Origin: Marsupella aquatica | Lineage: Eukaryota; Plantae; Marchantiophyta | Direction: 5' to 3' | NCBI GenBank assembly: GCA_973895155.1 | Contig: OZ316896.1 | Location: 17,844,754-17,908,753, forward strand | DNA length: 64,000 bases | Part shown: one piece after another, positions 1 through 12,045 of the stretch | Position numbering within the stretch: position 1 is the stretch's first letter | Layout: every line of letters starts with the position of its first letter | Made by a program: the position numbers and the translations under genes | The notes under the pieces: model-generated | What the model saw: the letters and a program-made list of their open reading frames with translations, nothing else | The model's database searches: none | Told to the model about the DNA's origin: nothing

Positions 1-440
1 GATTGACCTGACGCAGACATGGACCACGCTATCCAGGCCAAGTCAAACCAGCTTATATTACTGTACAGAGCACATGAAGCTACTGTACTTACTTCCTGAA
101 AAGCGGACTATTTTGATTGAATCTCTCGTCAATCATACAGCTTGTATTCAATCTCTGCCACCTAAATCAGACAGCGCCGATACAATCTCTACCTCGTCAT
201 TCAGACGGGTGCGATTCAACAATCTTTCTTCAATCAGGCAATCAGGCTGACATACTACCAAGGTCTGTCCAAGAATTGGGATGCACTTCTCTAGCAAGTA
301 ATATGCCCTCTGACTCAATGTGCACACGTTCTTGCGGGGCCAAGCAAAACTATCTTTTATTATCGTCGTAGGAGAATTGTAGTTTGTGGGTCCATAGCAC
401 GGTAGGCTATCTCGTTGCTACCACAGTGAACCAATATTAA
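1..440 (+). repeat. Upstream module repeated in front of HNL copies (probable promoter-side sequence)
   Basis: gattgacctg..catggacca, tgaatctctcgtcaat, tgtgggtcca motifs recur at 10890-11225, 20010-20745 (partial), 47490-47960 and inverted at 43232-43690. Confidence 0.6.
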
Positions 441-1545
441 AACAATTGGAAATGAAAACCACATTCACGGTTTGGGGTAGCTGCATATCTGCAGACCTTG
501 GTCAGCTTCCGCTCCCGCAGGGAGAGTTTGTACTAGTGGACTCCGCAAAGTGCTGTGGATCGCCTCGTCTCTCAGTAGGTTCGAGCAGTGTCATCCGTCA
601 CTCGGTCCCGTCTAATTTCACTGGGTGATGGCGACATTTGTCAACCAGGGTTACAAAACGGAGCTCTTTCTGAGTAGATTGGCCCATGAACAACGCGATT
701 CGACACCGGCAGTGTCGATGTGGACTTCGATCTGCCGGTTGAAGTTTTCAAGGATGAGGTGCTGGACCTTCTAGTCTTTGGATCTGGACAGCTTTTCTAG
801 GACTAATTGGGCTGGGAGCTATTTCGATGACCTCAGACGAATGGGAGGAAACTTAAACTAGTTGAATACTTCTCTGTCCGTCTGCCCCCCGGACAGATTC
901 ATCAACGTCAGTTGCATAGGAAAGAATGTGCTGTCTGAACATGATCTCAAACAAACAGACTCAAATTCTGAAATTGTCATAGCGTGATTACATTTGGTAC
1001 AAGCAAGCTGTTTTTACTCGTAATTCTCACATTAGACTGGATCTAAACCTGAAGTTTGAACCCGCTTTAGTAGCATTCCGTCTTTGCGAAATCGGGATCA
1101 TTCAAGGATCTTTTGTGCGATGACATGTGTATATGAATGCCTGTAGATACTCATGTCCCCAATTGTCCTACGCGCGAGCGGGACGACTGCAAACTGCTCA
1201 CTTGCATTAAATGAATCAGCGTTTCCGTAGGTTACGATCTTTCTAGGGTTAGATCCGGGCTTCTCTTCGCGTTATCCAAACATTGATCAAAACTTCGGAC
1301 AAACACAAGCAAGTTCTGTTTAAACCTGTGTCATTTGGTTCCTACCGCGGGCTCTCTGCAAGCTGATGCGGAGTCTACAATTGGTTTTGTACGGTCATCA
1401 CTTTCGTTCTTTCCATGATTAATTGGTGATTGATGTTTGTAGACTCGAGTTTTGAGGCTCGACAGAGCAAGTCCACTCTGGAGGTAGCTGCAAAATTGAT
1501 GTCTGACCAGAACACGTTTTTCGGGCGTACTAATAAGCCATCGCT

Positions 1546-4500
1546 ATGGGTCAGGGGGGCTCTTCTAGTCTCACACAATCTGCACAGCCCTGCAATACTA
1601 ATATTCAATTCAAGCAGGTACTATCTTTCCTTGAAACTTTTTTATTTTAATCAGGTACTATCTTTGATCAGTACTTCTTTGGAAATACCCGTTTTGTTTT
1701 GAGATGGCTACTTGCGACAATATGCTACCGAACAATCGATCTCCATCATTACTATTTTGAATTGATCTATCCGTAAGTGTTCTGTTTCTGTGCTGTATCC
1801 AATTTGAGCTCTGAACAGGAATTTTGTATGCTTACTGTACGTTGGCGTGCTTGGGTTTTACAGCTTAATGAATCTCTCTTTGAACTCCACAAACCGAGAG
1901 GGCAACCTAGTATCGTGATCTTATTCTTTCACGGCTTTCAGCATGGAAACTATGAAATGCCCATTTATCAACATGGAAAACTGAGGATGGATCATCCACA
2001 TGGCTCCAGACTTGGCTGGTTGAAGACGACCAGTACCCCGACGCTCACACCCTTTCTGTTGCGTGTAATGCCAGCTTGATGAAAAGCAAGCAAGGAGGAA
2101 GCTTTGACCTATACATCATTGGAGAAAATATTTTGTCAGACTTGCTACAAGCAGATGTCGGGCAACAGCCACTCTGTCCCATAGTATTGGTAGGACACAG
2201 TTTTGGGGGCCTAGTGCTGAAGGAATTGTGTATTCAAGCAAATAAGAGGGGAAGCAGGGGTAGCTCTAAGCACAAAACATTTCTGGAAAATGTAAAGGGA
2301 GTCTTTTTCTATTCCACTCCTCATCACGGGATTTCAAGAGAGATTTCTGAGTATTTTTTGAGCAGAATAAATCAACCGTTATTGGAATATGTAGAAATTC
2401 TTAGCACATCCGCAGCAAGGTTGCATGAAGACTTTGAGATGCTTCGGAAGCAGTGGGCTTGGAAGACGGCAGGAATAGGAGAAGGTTCTGGCACCGAATT
2501 GGTAGGGACATTCTCCTTAGCTTGAGCAATCATATGTAATGGAAATGTATTATTTTTGTCACAATGCTTATGGCGAAATTTCCGACTGCTAAACCAAAGA
2601 AGTGATCAGCAGATACTAGTCATGCTAAAACATTTCTCGACCGTTTTCTGAGTATGTTACTTCAATTCGTCTTATACTAGAATACAATGTGCTGTACGAA
2701 TTTGGTCATTGTTAAGTTCAATTGTATGGTTGCAATCCGGTTCCGAAGGTATTTACAGAAGTGGCATCTTCGAGATTCGATAAAGAATGGATCCTTCGAA
2801 GGATATGATAGATACTTGAGTGGATCGTCACTTGGTTGTGTGTGTGCAGAGCACGTCTAATACAAAGATAGTCGTACCAGAGGGATCGTCAAGATATGGT
2901 GACGCTTTTGTTATCGCGCCAAAGGCTGATCATATATCAATCTGTAGGCCAATATCAAAAATCTCAACCACATTCAACTCCTTGTCCACCTTCCTACATG
3001 GAGTTTCCAGTACTTGGAAGGTGAAGTCAAAATCTTGCTTCTATATCTTGGCATATTTATTGCACAAGATCATGGTGTGGATGGCATATTTATTGCACAA
3101 GATCATGGTGTGGAGGATTTTAGAGTGTTATAATGTGGACCGGTACTTATTTAATTTTCCGTTGCCTTATTGTGGTACAGAGACCAGTCCGTCCACAGAA
3201 CCATCAATCTTTGCCTAAGTTAAGGATTGGTATTGATAATGTCATGAAGGAACTCAAACAGCAGCTTGAGACGGTCACTAGTTTGGGCTTGGCAGGCATG
3301 GGAGGGATTGGAAAGACCACCATGGCCAAGGCGTTATTCAATGATATGGAGCATCTTTATGAGTACACCTGTTTCGTTGGGGATGTGAAGAATTTTCCAC
3401 AGGAGGTTGAGAATATCGTCTTAAAGGAAATGCATTGTATGGGAAGGAGACTAGCAAAGAAGCATGGTGGGTTAGAGTTCTTGGAGGGGAAACAATTATT
3501 GTTGGTACTGGATGATGTTGCTGCAAAAAAACACACTGCAATATTGTCTACCTTGATTCGTGACATTGGTGTCCATGTAGATAGTCGCTTTGTTGTAACA
3601 TCGAGAGATTGCGAACTTCTAGATCAATGCTTGGAGGCAGTGCACAACATGCCCTTTCTAAGCCAAGGAGACGCGAGGAAACTTTTCTTGGCCCATGCTT
3701 TCAGGCAAGAAGCTTCTCCGTTATTTGAGGTACACATAGACATTGTTGTGAAAAAGTGTGGCGGGCTGGCTTTGACTCTGGAAGTCATAGGGGAGCATCT
3801 GTATAAAAAACCTCTGGCTATATGGAAGGAAGCTGTTACTATACTGGAGAGGGCAGATGCTGTGCGCGGATTTGATGAAAAATTGTGGAGTAAGCTTCAG
3901 ATAAGTTTTGATGGTTTGGATCTTGAGGAGAAACACGTGTTCTTGGATTGTGCGACAGTATTCTATTTGCAACCTCTAGATAGGGCAAAGGTAGCATGGA
4001 GCGTCACCACAAATGGGCTTCAAGAAACACTGTGGCAACATCTCGTTGACTTATCGTTGGTCTGCGAAGTTCCTTGGGGAGGTTATCAAAGTTGTGGCAT
4101 GCATGACCAGCTTTTGAGCCTTGGGAGGAAAACTGCATCAAATGAAGTGGAATATGGCCTCAGGATGTGGGATCACCCAAGAAGGGCCTTCCTTTTGTTA
4201 TCATCAGATAATTGCATTGACAATGATGTGAAGGTGAGTTTGAAGAGTATGGTCTTTATCTGACAATTTCCATGCACTGTATCCAAGAATTGCCCAGGGG
4301 TTTGTATCTTGGCCATTTTTGAATGCTGCATGCTGTAGACCAAGGAAGGTCTCCCATGCTGTTGAATTTTCTCAAGACGTCACTGATATTGAGGAATATT
4401 CCACTTTGATCATGGACAGGGCTACCTGTAGCAATTGGGTTTTGAAACTAAGAATGACTTGTGAGTTGAGATTTGTAGGACATTGCGGCTATCAATGTGG

Positions 4501-7426
4501 ATGGACGAGGACAAGGACATTTAAGTAATGACAAGGTTTGTTGGTGGCATTTTGAAAAAGTTATTAAGACAAGATTTCTATAGATGAATCCTTAGAACGA
4601 AATGGATACTTGTGATTTCCTTTTTGATAGGAAGGTACTTAATGAAGAGCCCATTTGGTGTGAATGTATAAATCCTTGTTTTATTGGAATTGTTTTATGA
4701 GAGAGTTCTAGTCTTAGCCACAAACTGAAATGGTTTTTCTCAAACTGAATACTTTTAGAAATGTGTGGACTCATGAGGTTCTGTCAGTAGTATTAGTGCT
4801 TGTTTTTGAATTTTTTTGAAGAAAGTTTCTATGCAAATCTTTTCTTTCACGACCTGCTTTCTTCATTCAATCCAATTTTTGTCAAAAATCAGCCATAGGT
4901 CATGCCTGGTTAAGTAAGTTTGCGGATAGGTTCATTTTGAAAACGTTTTGTTAAAACTGCACGAAAACAGCTATGAGCTTTGCAAAATATCTATTGTGAC
5001 CAATGTTAGAAAGTTTGTGCAAACCGGGAGAGAGATATCGAATGGTAATTCTGTGTTGTCTGGTTTTAATTTTCTTTAGTTTAACTACATTCTAAGTCTA
5101 GGAAATCACCTGTATGCTAGAGGCAATTTGCTGGAGCAGATGCAACTTCAGAAGGTCAGAATGTTTAAAACATGTTTCATAGCTGGTCAGCTGTAACTCT
5201 TAACCTTGAATTTTTCTACTTTGTTCAGGAAAGCGTCACTCCCGTTAATACTGGGGACACCAAAAACAGACCTCTACCAGAAAACTCAACAGCAGAGACT
5301 TCCACCAGGGTCGTCCACAAGTATATACGTTGTGACAAGTGTTCAATGGAACCCATAAAAGGCCCAAGATTCAAGTCTATGGTACAATATGACTATGATT
5401 TGTGTGTCGGATGTTTCGAGAAGGGCGGTCACAGATATGACCAGTATGTTCGTATTGATCTACCTACTGTAAGTAACCGCAAGCGACTGATAGACCTCTT
5501 GAAAGAATTAAAGACATTTTTAATTCATCTGCTCACACACAACTTTTACTATGGAAGGTTTGGCTGGACGCAAACACAGCATTCCCGTTGGAATATTAGA
5601 GTGTATTGAAACAGAGTGCATGATCCAGCTTCTGGAACACATGCCATAAGTGAGCTAGATGTAGATGAACAAATGTTGTAGAAAGTATACAAGTCAGTAA
5701 AGTGATTTAGTCAAAAGAGGTTGAAGGAAGATCAGATAGCTCTAGCACAAACATATCAGACCTCTGACATGCCTGCACTGGATGTTTTGAAATGAATCTG
5801 CGTACAATGGTGGAAAGTTTGATCCATAGTAGCCCATAGTAACCTTTGCTACTGTAGCGTGCTCTTCCGAGACATCTGGAGTGTTGAGGCTGTCCTACTG
5901 TCCCAAGGATATATTACTGAAGAGGAGATGAAAGTGAGTACATTAAGAAACAAATTCTAAGGCGCTTGTAGAGGACTGAGCATAGGAATATTTTCTATTG
6001 GATTATTTTGATTATATGGGGATGAAATAAAAATTGACTTTTGAGTTGGGATTTGTAGGATCATCGGGCTATTTATGAGGGCGGAGGAGCACATGTACAA
6101 TCACATTCTAATGAGGTTTGTTTGATTCCTTGTCTTGACGAAGGAAAAACCCTGTGGCATGATGAGGTTTTGGTGAGATTTGGAAAAATTATTGTGGAAA
6201 AGCACTCTAACCCAGACCTTAGTATAAATGAGTATATAGAACTAGATGTGTATTTGAGTTTTTCTTCTCAGACGGTCCAACATGAAGAGCTACAGTAGTT
6301 TGGTGCAAATGGTTAAAACCTCTTCCTTTAAGCTAAAACTAATAATAAAATCTTCTGAAGAGATGGAACTGATCAGGATAATGAAAGTGTTTTCTTGGAA
6401 TTTCTGGAAATTATTTGTGGATTTATAGTATGACGGAATGCTAAAAAGCTTGTACTGTCGGAGGACATATCTGTAGTTTTGAGGTTGTCCACGTGTCTCC
6501 CAAAGGTACACTCTAAACAAAGTCTTAGAGGATAGATTATTTTCTATTCTATAGTTTCAAATCTGATTTTTCAAGGCAATCTAAGACGGTAGTAGAGGAA
6601 CAAGTACAAGCAAATTCGCACTGAACCATCATTAGAATAAATTCAAAGCTGTGGCCTTCATTACTTAAGCTGACAGTAGTCAAGCCCGTTGCAGACTAGA
6701 AGAGAAACTGACCTGATGTTTGGTGCCGTCAATGGTATTTGGTAGGACTTTCAAACCCTTGAAGGAAGCACATTGTGCAAAATGCGAAATCTGAGATATT
6801 TGCAGATGGCCAACTTGGCCATTGATCAAAGTCATGGTGCAACACTGCCGTCGACACTCGTCGTCCTTAAAATGGTTCGGGTGCAGTTTTCTGATTTCCC
6901 TTTCCGCCCAAGCGACCATGAGCGGATGGCCTTTCTGCACATGTCGGATTGTCCTGAACTTCGTACCCTTCCCACTACTTTTGGCCGACTCTCATCCCTT
7001 CAAGTGTTACATATTTGGAGTGCTCCTCATTTGAAGACCTTGCCTGACTCGCTTGGGAGTTTGCAAAAGCTGGCAGCTCTATGGCTGGTGGATTGTGAGA
7101 ATCTAGCGGAGTTACCGCAAACATTTGGCCAACTGGGAGCTTTGGAAACCGTAGACATTTTTCACTGCGATTCTCTATCAGCCTTGCCAAAGTCGTTTGG
7201 ATATTTACCAAATCTCAAAACTCTGGCTATTTTGGGCTGTCGTCGTCTTCACAACCTGCCCGATACATTCCTGGAGCTTCAAGGATTGGAGACGCTAGTC
7301 CTAGATAGGACATATTTGCAGAGCATTCCCAAATTCGAGAATCTTAGGTTATTGAAAGTCCGTGCATCTCAGGAAGCTCCTCATTTCCGAATCGAGTATA
7401 TCCTACGGCCTCGTCGTACAGTTTAG
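1546..7426 (+). pseudogene. HNL copy 1: alpha/beta-hydrolase-NB-ARC-ZZ-LRR immune receptor with a 1-nt frameshift in exon 2 (pseudogene or assembly error)
   Basis: Predicted phase-0 exons: 1546-1617 (MGQGGSSS..FKQ), 1864-2501 (FFHG, GHSFGG nucleophile elbow, YSTPH), 2850-3020 (ADHISICRP), 3181-4233 (P-loop GMGGIGKTT, kinase-2 LLVLDDV, SRFVVTSR, GGLALTL, MHD), 4479-4535, 5080-5154, 5229-5468 (ZZ), possibly 6059-6115, and 6746-7426 (LRRs LPTTFGRL/LPDSLGSL/LPQTFGQL). TATGAAATG at ~1951-1959 has one A fewer than the paralogs (TATGAAAATG). Confidence 0.88.
5229..5468 (+). CDS. ZZ-type zinc-finger exon (NBR1-like) of HNL copy 1
   Basis: ttgttcag|GAA acceptor and ACT|gtaagt donor, 240 nt, phase 0/0. 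Encodes HKYIRCDKCSMEPIKGPRFKSMVQYDYDLCVGCF..YVRIDLP, which has the CxxC..GPRFKS..DYDLCxxC pattern of plant NBR1 ZZ domains. Confidence 0.85.
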
Positions 7427-7429
7427 AAC

Positions 7430-8400
7430 GAAACTCGCGAGGCTGAGGAGGAAACTGGTGATGAAGAAAGTTGGCTTCTCTTGCAGACAAATACTTGTCA
7501 AATGGCCATTTCTCTACAGTCGATTGACTCAAGGGGGGAGGGTAATCATCGGCAAGTAATCTCGACGAGAGAACATGACTCTGTCTAGTCTTACACGGAG
7601 AACTGGCAAGTCCCACTCGGATTGGGAAGTCTCACAACTGAAACACCTGCGAGAGAGAACCGTCTGGTCTCTGGAGTATGGTGACAATGTATCGACTCCT
7701 TCCTAGACTGTATATTGGTCAGTGGATCTAGACATGGGAGATGCAGCACAGTAGAGTTGGAATTGTCGCGGAGCAGTGTACAGCTACATCCTGATTGCGC
7801 GTGATCCCCTGAATCCATCGGCTAGGGTACGATTTATATGGAGAGATACGTCCAGATAAATGTGCAATCTCGCCATACTCAACCTACCTGATACATTTCT
7901 GTACCACCAGAGACTCGCCGCCCAGGCCTAGTAAGCACACATTTGCAGAGTATTCTTGACTTGGAGAATTTTCCGCTATTGAATGATCGCTGGTTATCTC
8001 GGGCTGACGAAAGTGGAGGAGAATGTAGCTCTTGCAGGCTGTGAATAGTCGAACAGCCATTTCTCTGTAACATCTCCCAATCCATCGCGATCTGAGGGGG
8101 GAGGGGCATCATCTGCAAGTAATCTTCGAGCAATATACATCACTCTGGCGAGTCCAAAGATTGGAACTTCTGGAATGTGTTCGGAACAGATTGATTATGT
8201 CCTCTGCGAACCCCAAATTCTTGAAAGATTGGCCTCTCTGAGTCAACTGGTTATTCCTATCTTGACCCTGGTGTGATCCATGTGGTTAGGAAATTAGTCT
8301 CACCCGGATCGGAAACTAAACAACTGAAACGCCTGCAAGTGAAATACGGTTGGTCATGGAGTAAGGCGATCCAGACAAGGGACATGAAGCAGAGCAAAAT
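7430..8400 (+). pseudogene. Decayed LRR repeats downstream of the copy 1 stop codon
   Basis: Broken LRR-like peptides on + strand: SQLKHLR (~7630), IPESIG (~7805), CNLAILNLPDTF (~7863), LQSILDLENF (~7942). Homologous segments follow copies 2 and 3. Confidence 0.6.
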
Positions 8401-10137
8401 TTGCCTTTCCCAGGAGCAGTGCACAGGTGCGTTTTGATCCCCGATCTCAGCCTGAATGAGTTTTGCCGTTCAGTAGCGCTTGACTCTACTTCGTAATTCT
8501 TTTTTCTAAATATGATAACGTTTGTGTTGTGCTTCACACTATATCATCAGGACACATACCTCGGCAAATTAAGGCTGCAACGGATGCACAGTTTCCATGA
8601 TCGATCATAAGCAGAACCAAAAGTTACCCCCAAGATTCATTTCAAAATATTTAATGGATGCACGTTGCAGTTCTTAGCACATAAACTCGGCAGACTACTC
8701 ATACTTTGTATTGGTAGCAGCCTAGGTCGGTAATAGAAGGTGGATCTTGAGTTCTGATTATTGACTTTATATACAAATGGGAATATGGTGGTTGAAAGTG
8801 CTTAAGACAAACTTTCCATCTAGACTTCGGTGCGATCAGGTCAAATGATCATTAAAAATTTTGGAATGTTTTCCAGAAGGTTGCTTCGTAGGGGTTACTA
8901 ACACAACGTAGATCGAAATGAAAGTAGTGATTACTCCCGAGCAGTTGCTCCGAACTCTGACCGCTGGGTTGAGAAAACATAAAACATTATTGCTGGATAA
9001 TGATACATGTTAGTATCCATTGGAGTGGAATGTGGTATTAATGCTGACTACGTATACTCCCAGGTATACGAAGTGCAGATATAAGCGATGGAGACGGCTT
9101 CTGATGAGAATGTTTACCTCAATTGCTGTGGATTTAGCATCAGACAATTTTGACTCGGCTGCTCAATGAACATTGTCTGCTTCACACTCAGAAGGCCCAT
9201 ATTTGGAGCAAAAAGCCGTTCAGTCAGCTTGGATACTCTCGGACTGCACCTCTTTCCACTTGTGCCCCGACAAGTCACTGAAATCTGCAGCCTAGAATTC
9301 TCCAATCAACGCAGCTCGCAGGGGATGGTCATCAGAATACCTGTGCATGCAAGCTTCCCCCAGTATGAGGAGAAAGAACTGTGGAATTAACTCAAGCTCT
9401 AGCATGTGCTGTTTTGCGCTAAGGGTCGCAACACTTAACTAATTTCGATTACTGCTGTCAGAGGAGGCCCTAAGTACTGAAGTTTTAGCCAGAATATTCT
9501 GAAATCCTCTCGAATATGCGTTTTCATTGTGGAAGGTATTGTGTACTTTCGTGACTACTTCAATGCAGGGAAGATTCTCGAACAGGCAAGCTCTGCATTG
9601 GTTGTGAGGGTGAAGCGCTTTAGAACTTGGAAGTGTATGATTTCGCTACACCTCCACTTCACCACCAGCTGTTGAAAGGAGCACATCATGAGCTCCACTG
9701 ACTGATAATGATACCGAGGAAATTGGTGACATCTGTAGTGAGCAATTGTAGGATTAAATGTTTTTAATACCATACCCTAAGGGAAGGCAGCTGATGTAAG
9801 ATTGAATTCCCTCCCCATGTGGAAAGCTGAAGAGGACTTATTGATGGCTGTAAATTACTCAGGACTGTACATGTTATTTCTGAGACTTGGATGTCACAAA
9901 GCCTTCGAAGGATTTTGGTTTCAGAGTTTACTCCGGGTTGTGACGATGGACGATCACAAAGTTACCATTATTCAACTGAAATTTAGGAGTAACATCAATA
10001 TTACTGAGGAATCATGTTGTGGTATTGAATAACTTTTCGAGTTAACCAGACTTTTTACTGTTGTATACCAATCAAGTGCGGTTTGCAAGCTTTCAAAGAA
10101 ACTGCCTGTTGTTTGCTGCTTTGATGCGATTTGGTAG

Positions 10138-10741
10138 GTCTGATTTCAAGGAAGCACATTGTATAAAATGCGAAAACTGAGATATTGGGAGATCATGGAT
10201 CATTGATCAAAGTCACGGTGTAACACTGCTGTCGACACTCGTCGCCCCTGAGATGTCAACGGTGTTTTTCTCTGATTCCCTTTCAGCCCAAGGGATCACG
10301 AGAGGATGGCCGTTCTGAAAAAGTTGTTATGTCGAGGACTTCACACCCTCCCCGCTTCTTTTGGCCAACTCTCATTCACTCGGGTTATGCATTGACTGGT
10401 ATCCTTTGAAGAGATTGCCTGACTCTGCTGGGAGTTCACCAAAACTGACTTATCTGACTAGCATTGTTGCGTTGCAGTGGTTCAGCTGAGTTACCTAATT
10501 AAGTCATCTGGCCAATTCGTAGCTTTAGAAAGATTGGAAAGTTGATACAGCATTGCTGTATCAACTTTCCCAAAGTCATTTGGATGTTTATCAAGGCTTT
10601 GATATCTGCTTATGAGAGGCTGTTGTAGTCTTCACGACGTGCCAGATACATTCCTACAACTTCAAGGACTGGAGCGCCTTTACCTATAGTCAAATATTTG
10701 CAGATCGTGAGAATACCAGAATTGGAGAATTTAAGATCATA
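10138..10741 (+). pseudogene. Degenerate HNL LRR exon
   Basis: ttggtag acceptor then ggaagcacattgtataaaatgcgaaaactgagatat..., colinear with the LRR exon 6746-7350 through ..ttggagaatttaagatc, with many indels and stops. Confidence 0.8.
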
Positions 10742-12045
10742 GGGCCTATACAAAATATTCAGAAAAATACAACCTATGACAGGTTGAATAATTTATGCAT
10801 AATAAATTTCCCAGAGTTTGTCCTAAAAGTAGAGAAAAATATAAATCCTATGGCTATTGCCCAAACGAGTCAGAGTGGTCGGCGCTGTTAGCACACAAGT
10901 ACAGCAACTTACTCTCTGAAATCGGACTATTTTGATTGAATCTCTCGTCAATTAGACAACTTCGATTCAATCTCTGCCACTTAAATCCGACACGGTCCAT
11001 TCAATCTCTCCCACGTACTTCATTCAAACAGCTTCAATTCAATCTCTGCCTCGTCATTCAGACAGCTCCAAGCCAACGGTTCAATTTATTCCTCTTGCAA
11101 GTGAAATCTAGCGTTTACCACACAAAAAGGTCTGCCTGTGACACTCTGCACACTTTCTTGCTGGTCAAGCAGAAGTAAGTGTTATTACCGTCACAGGAGA
11201 ACTGTAGTTTGTGGGTCTGCAAAGGCTGACCCTTCCAGACGTCTATTATTCTACATGTAAATTTGATACAAAAGAAATTGTGACTGTTAGATTTAGATAT
11301 AGCATATTCATCCTGGAACATGAAAAGTTATTTTGTCCTCTAGCAAAAAGTTTAAGTTTTTTAGTGAAATACAGGTGATCTAATTCTTTTGTGACAAATA
11401 TAAATAGGACATTGATTAGGAAGCATGACATTGAAAAGTTGTGCACATAAGGTACAAGAATAAAAGTACACATGTAAAGAAAAATAATAATGTACAGGAA
11501 AAATTTAAGTCTATGGTATTGGGTTCTACACATACTATACACCAATGAAGATACTTATGTACTTATCTTAGCTAATGACACTCAAATGAATTAAAACCAT
11601 AAATTTAGGACACAAAACTATGAGTAGAACTTAAAGACATGAGGAGTGCACTTAAATAGATCATTTCTTCTTCACTCATCTGAATAAGGGCTAGACCTTC
11701 CGTGAGCTGGTGGATGATCAAAAGTATAGCAAGGATTGAAAAATTTAGAGGGGTGCCAGATTAAATTCAAAATCTAAAATATACAAGGGATGCACCTTGG
11801 TAAGATACATTGAATAAAATACACAAGAAAAGAAGTTTGAATAAGACAAAATACTAGAAGATGGATTCACCATATTATAATTGATTGTGGAGAGAAAATC
11901 TGGTCCTCCACCCCACTACTCTCATAATATTGTGGAAAACATCTGCTTGGACAATAATTACACATGAAAACAGCATGGGAGCTCTTTCAAACACCCTAGA
12001 CATTGGGTTATAGATGGTACTATGCCCAAGTATCGTCACTCTATC

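Noticed and set aside
1777-1863. ORF-track N-terminus MLTVRWRAWVLQ (also at 22151 and 39561) as the true protein start
   Set aside because: It reads through a typical acceptor (ttttacag), and a conserved upstream exon with ATG and GT donor joins in phase 0.
3049-3114. 33-bp tandem duplication and other small structures (palindromes at 14470-14488 and ~19964-20002, poly-C at ~32508-32535)
   Set aside because: Intronic or within repeat debris, with no evidence of function.
4319-4528. ORF MNAACCRPRK.. conserved after the NB-ARC in copies 1 and 2
   Set aside because: Wrong phase for the NB-ARC donor and broken in copy 3. The better exon is 4479-4535 in another frame.
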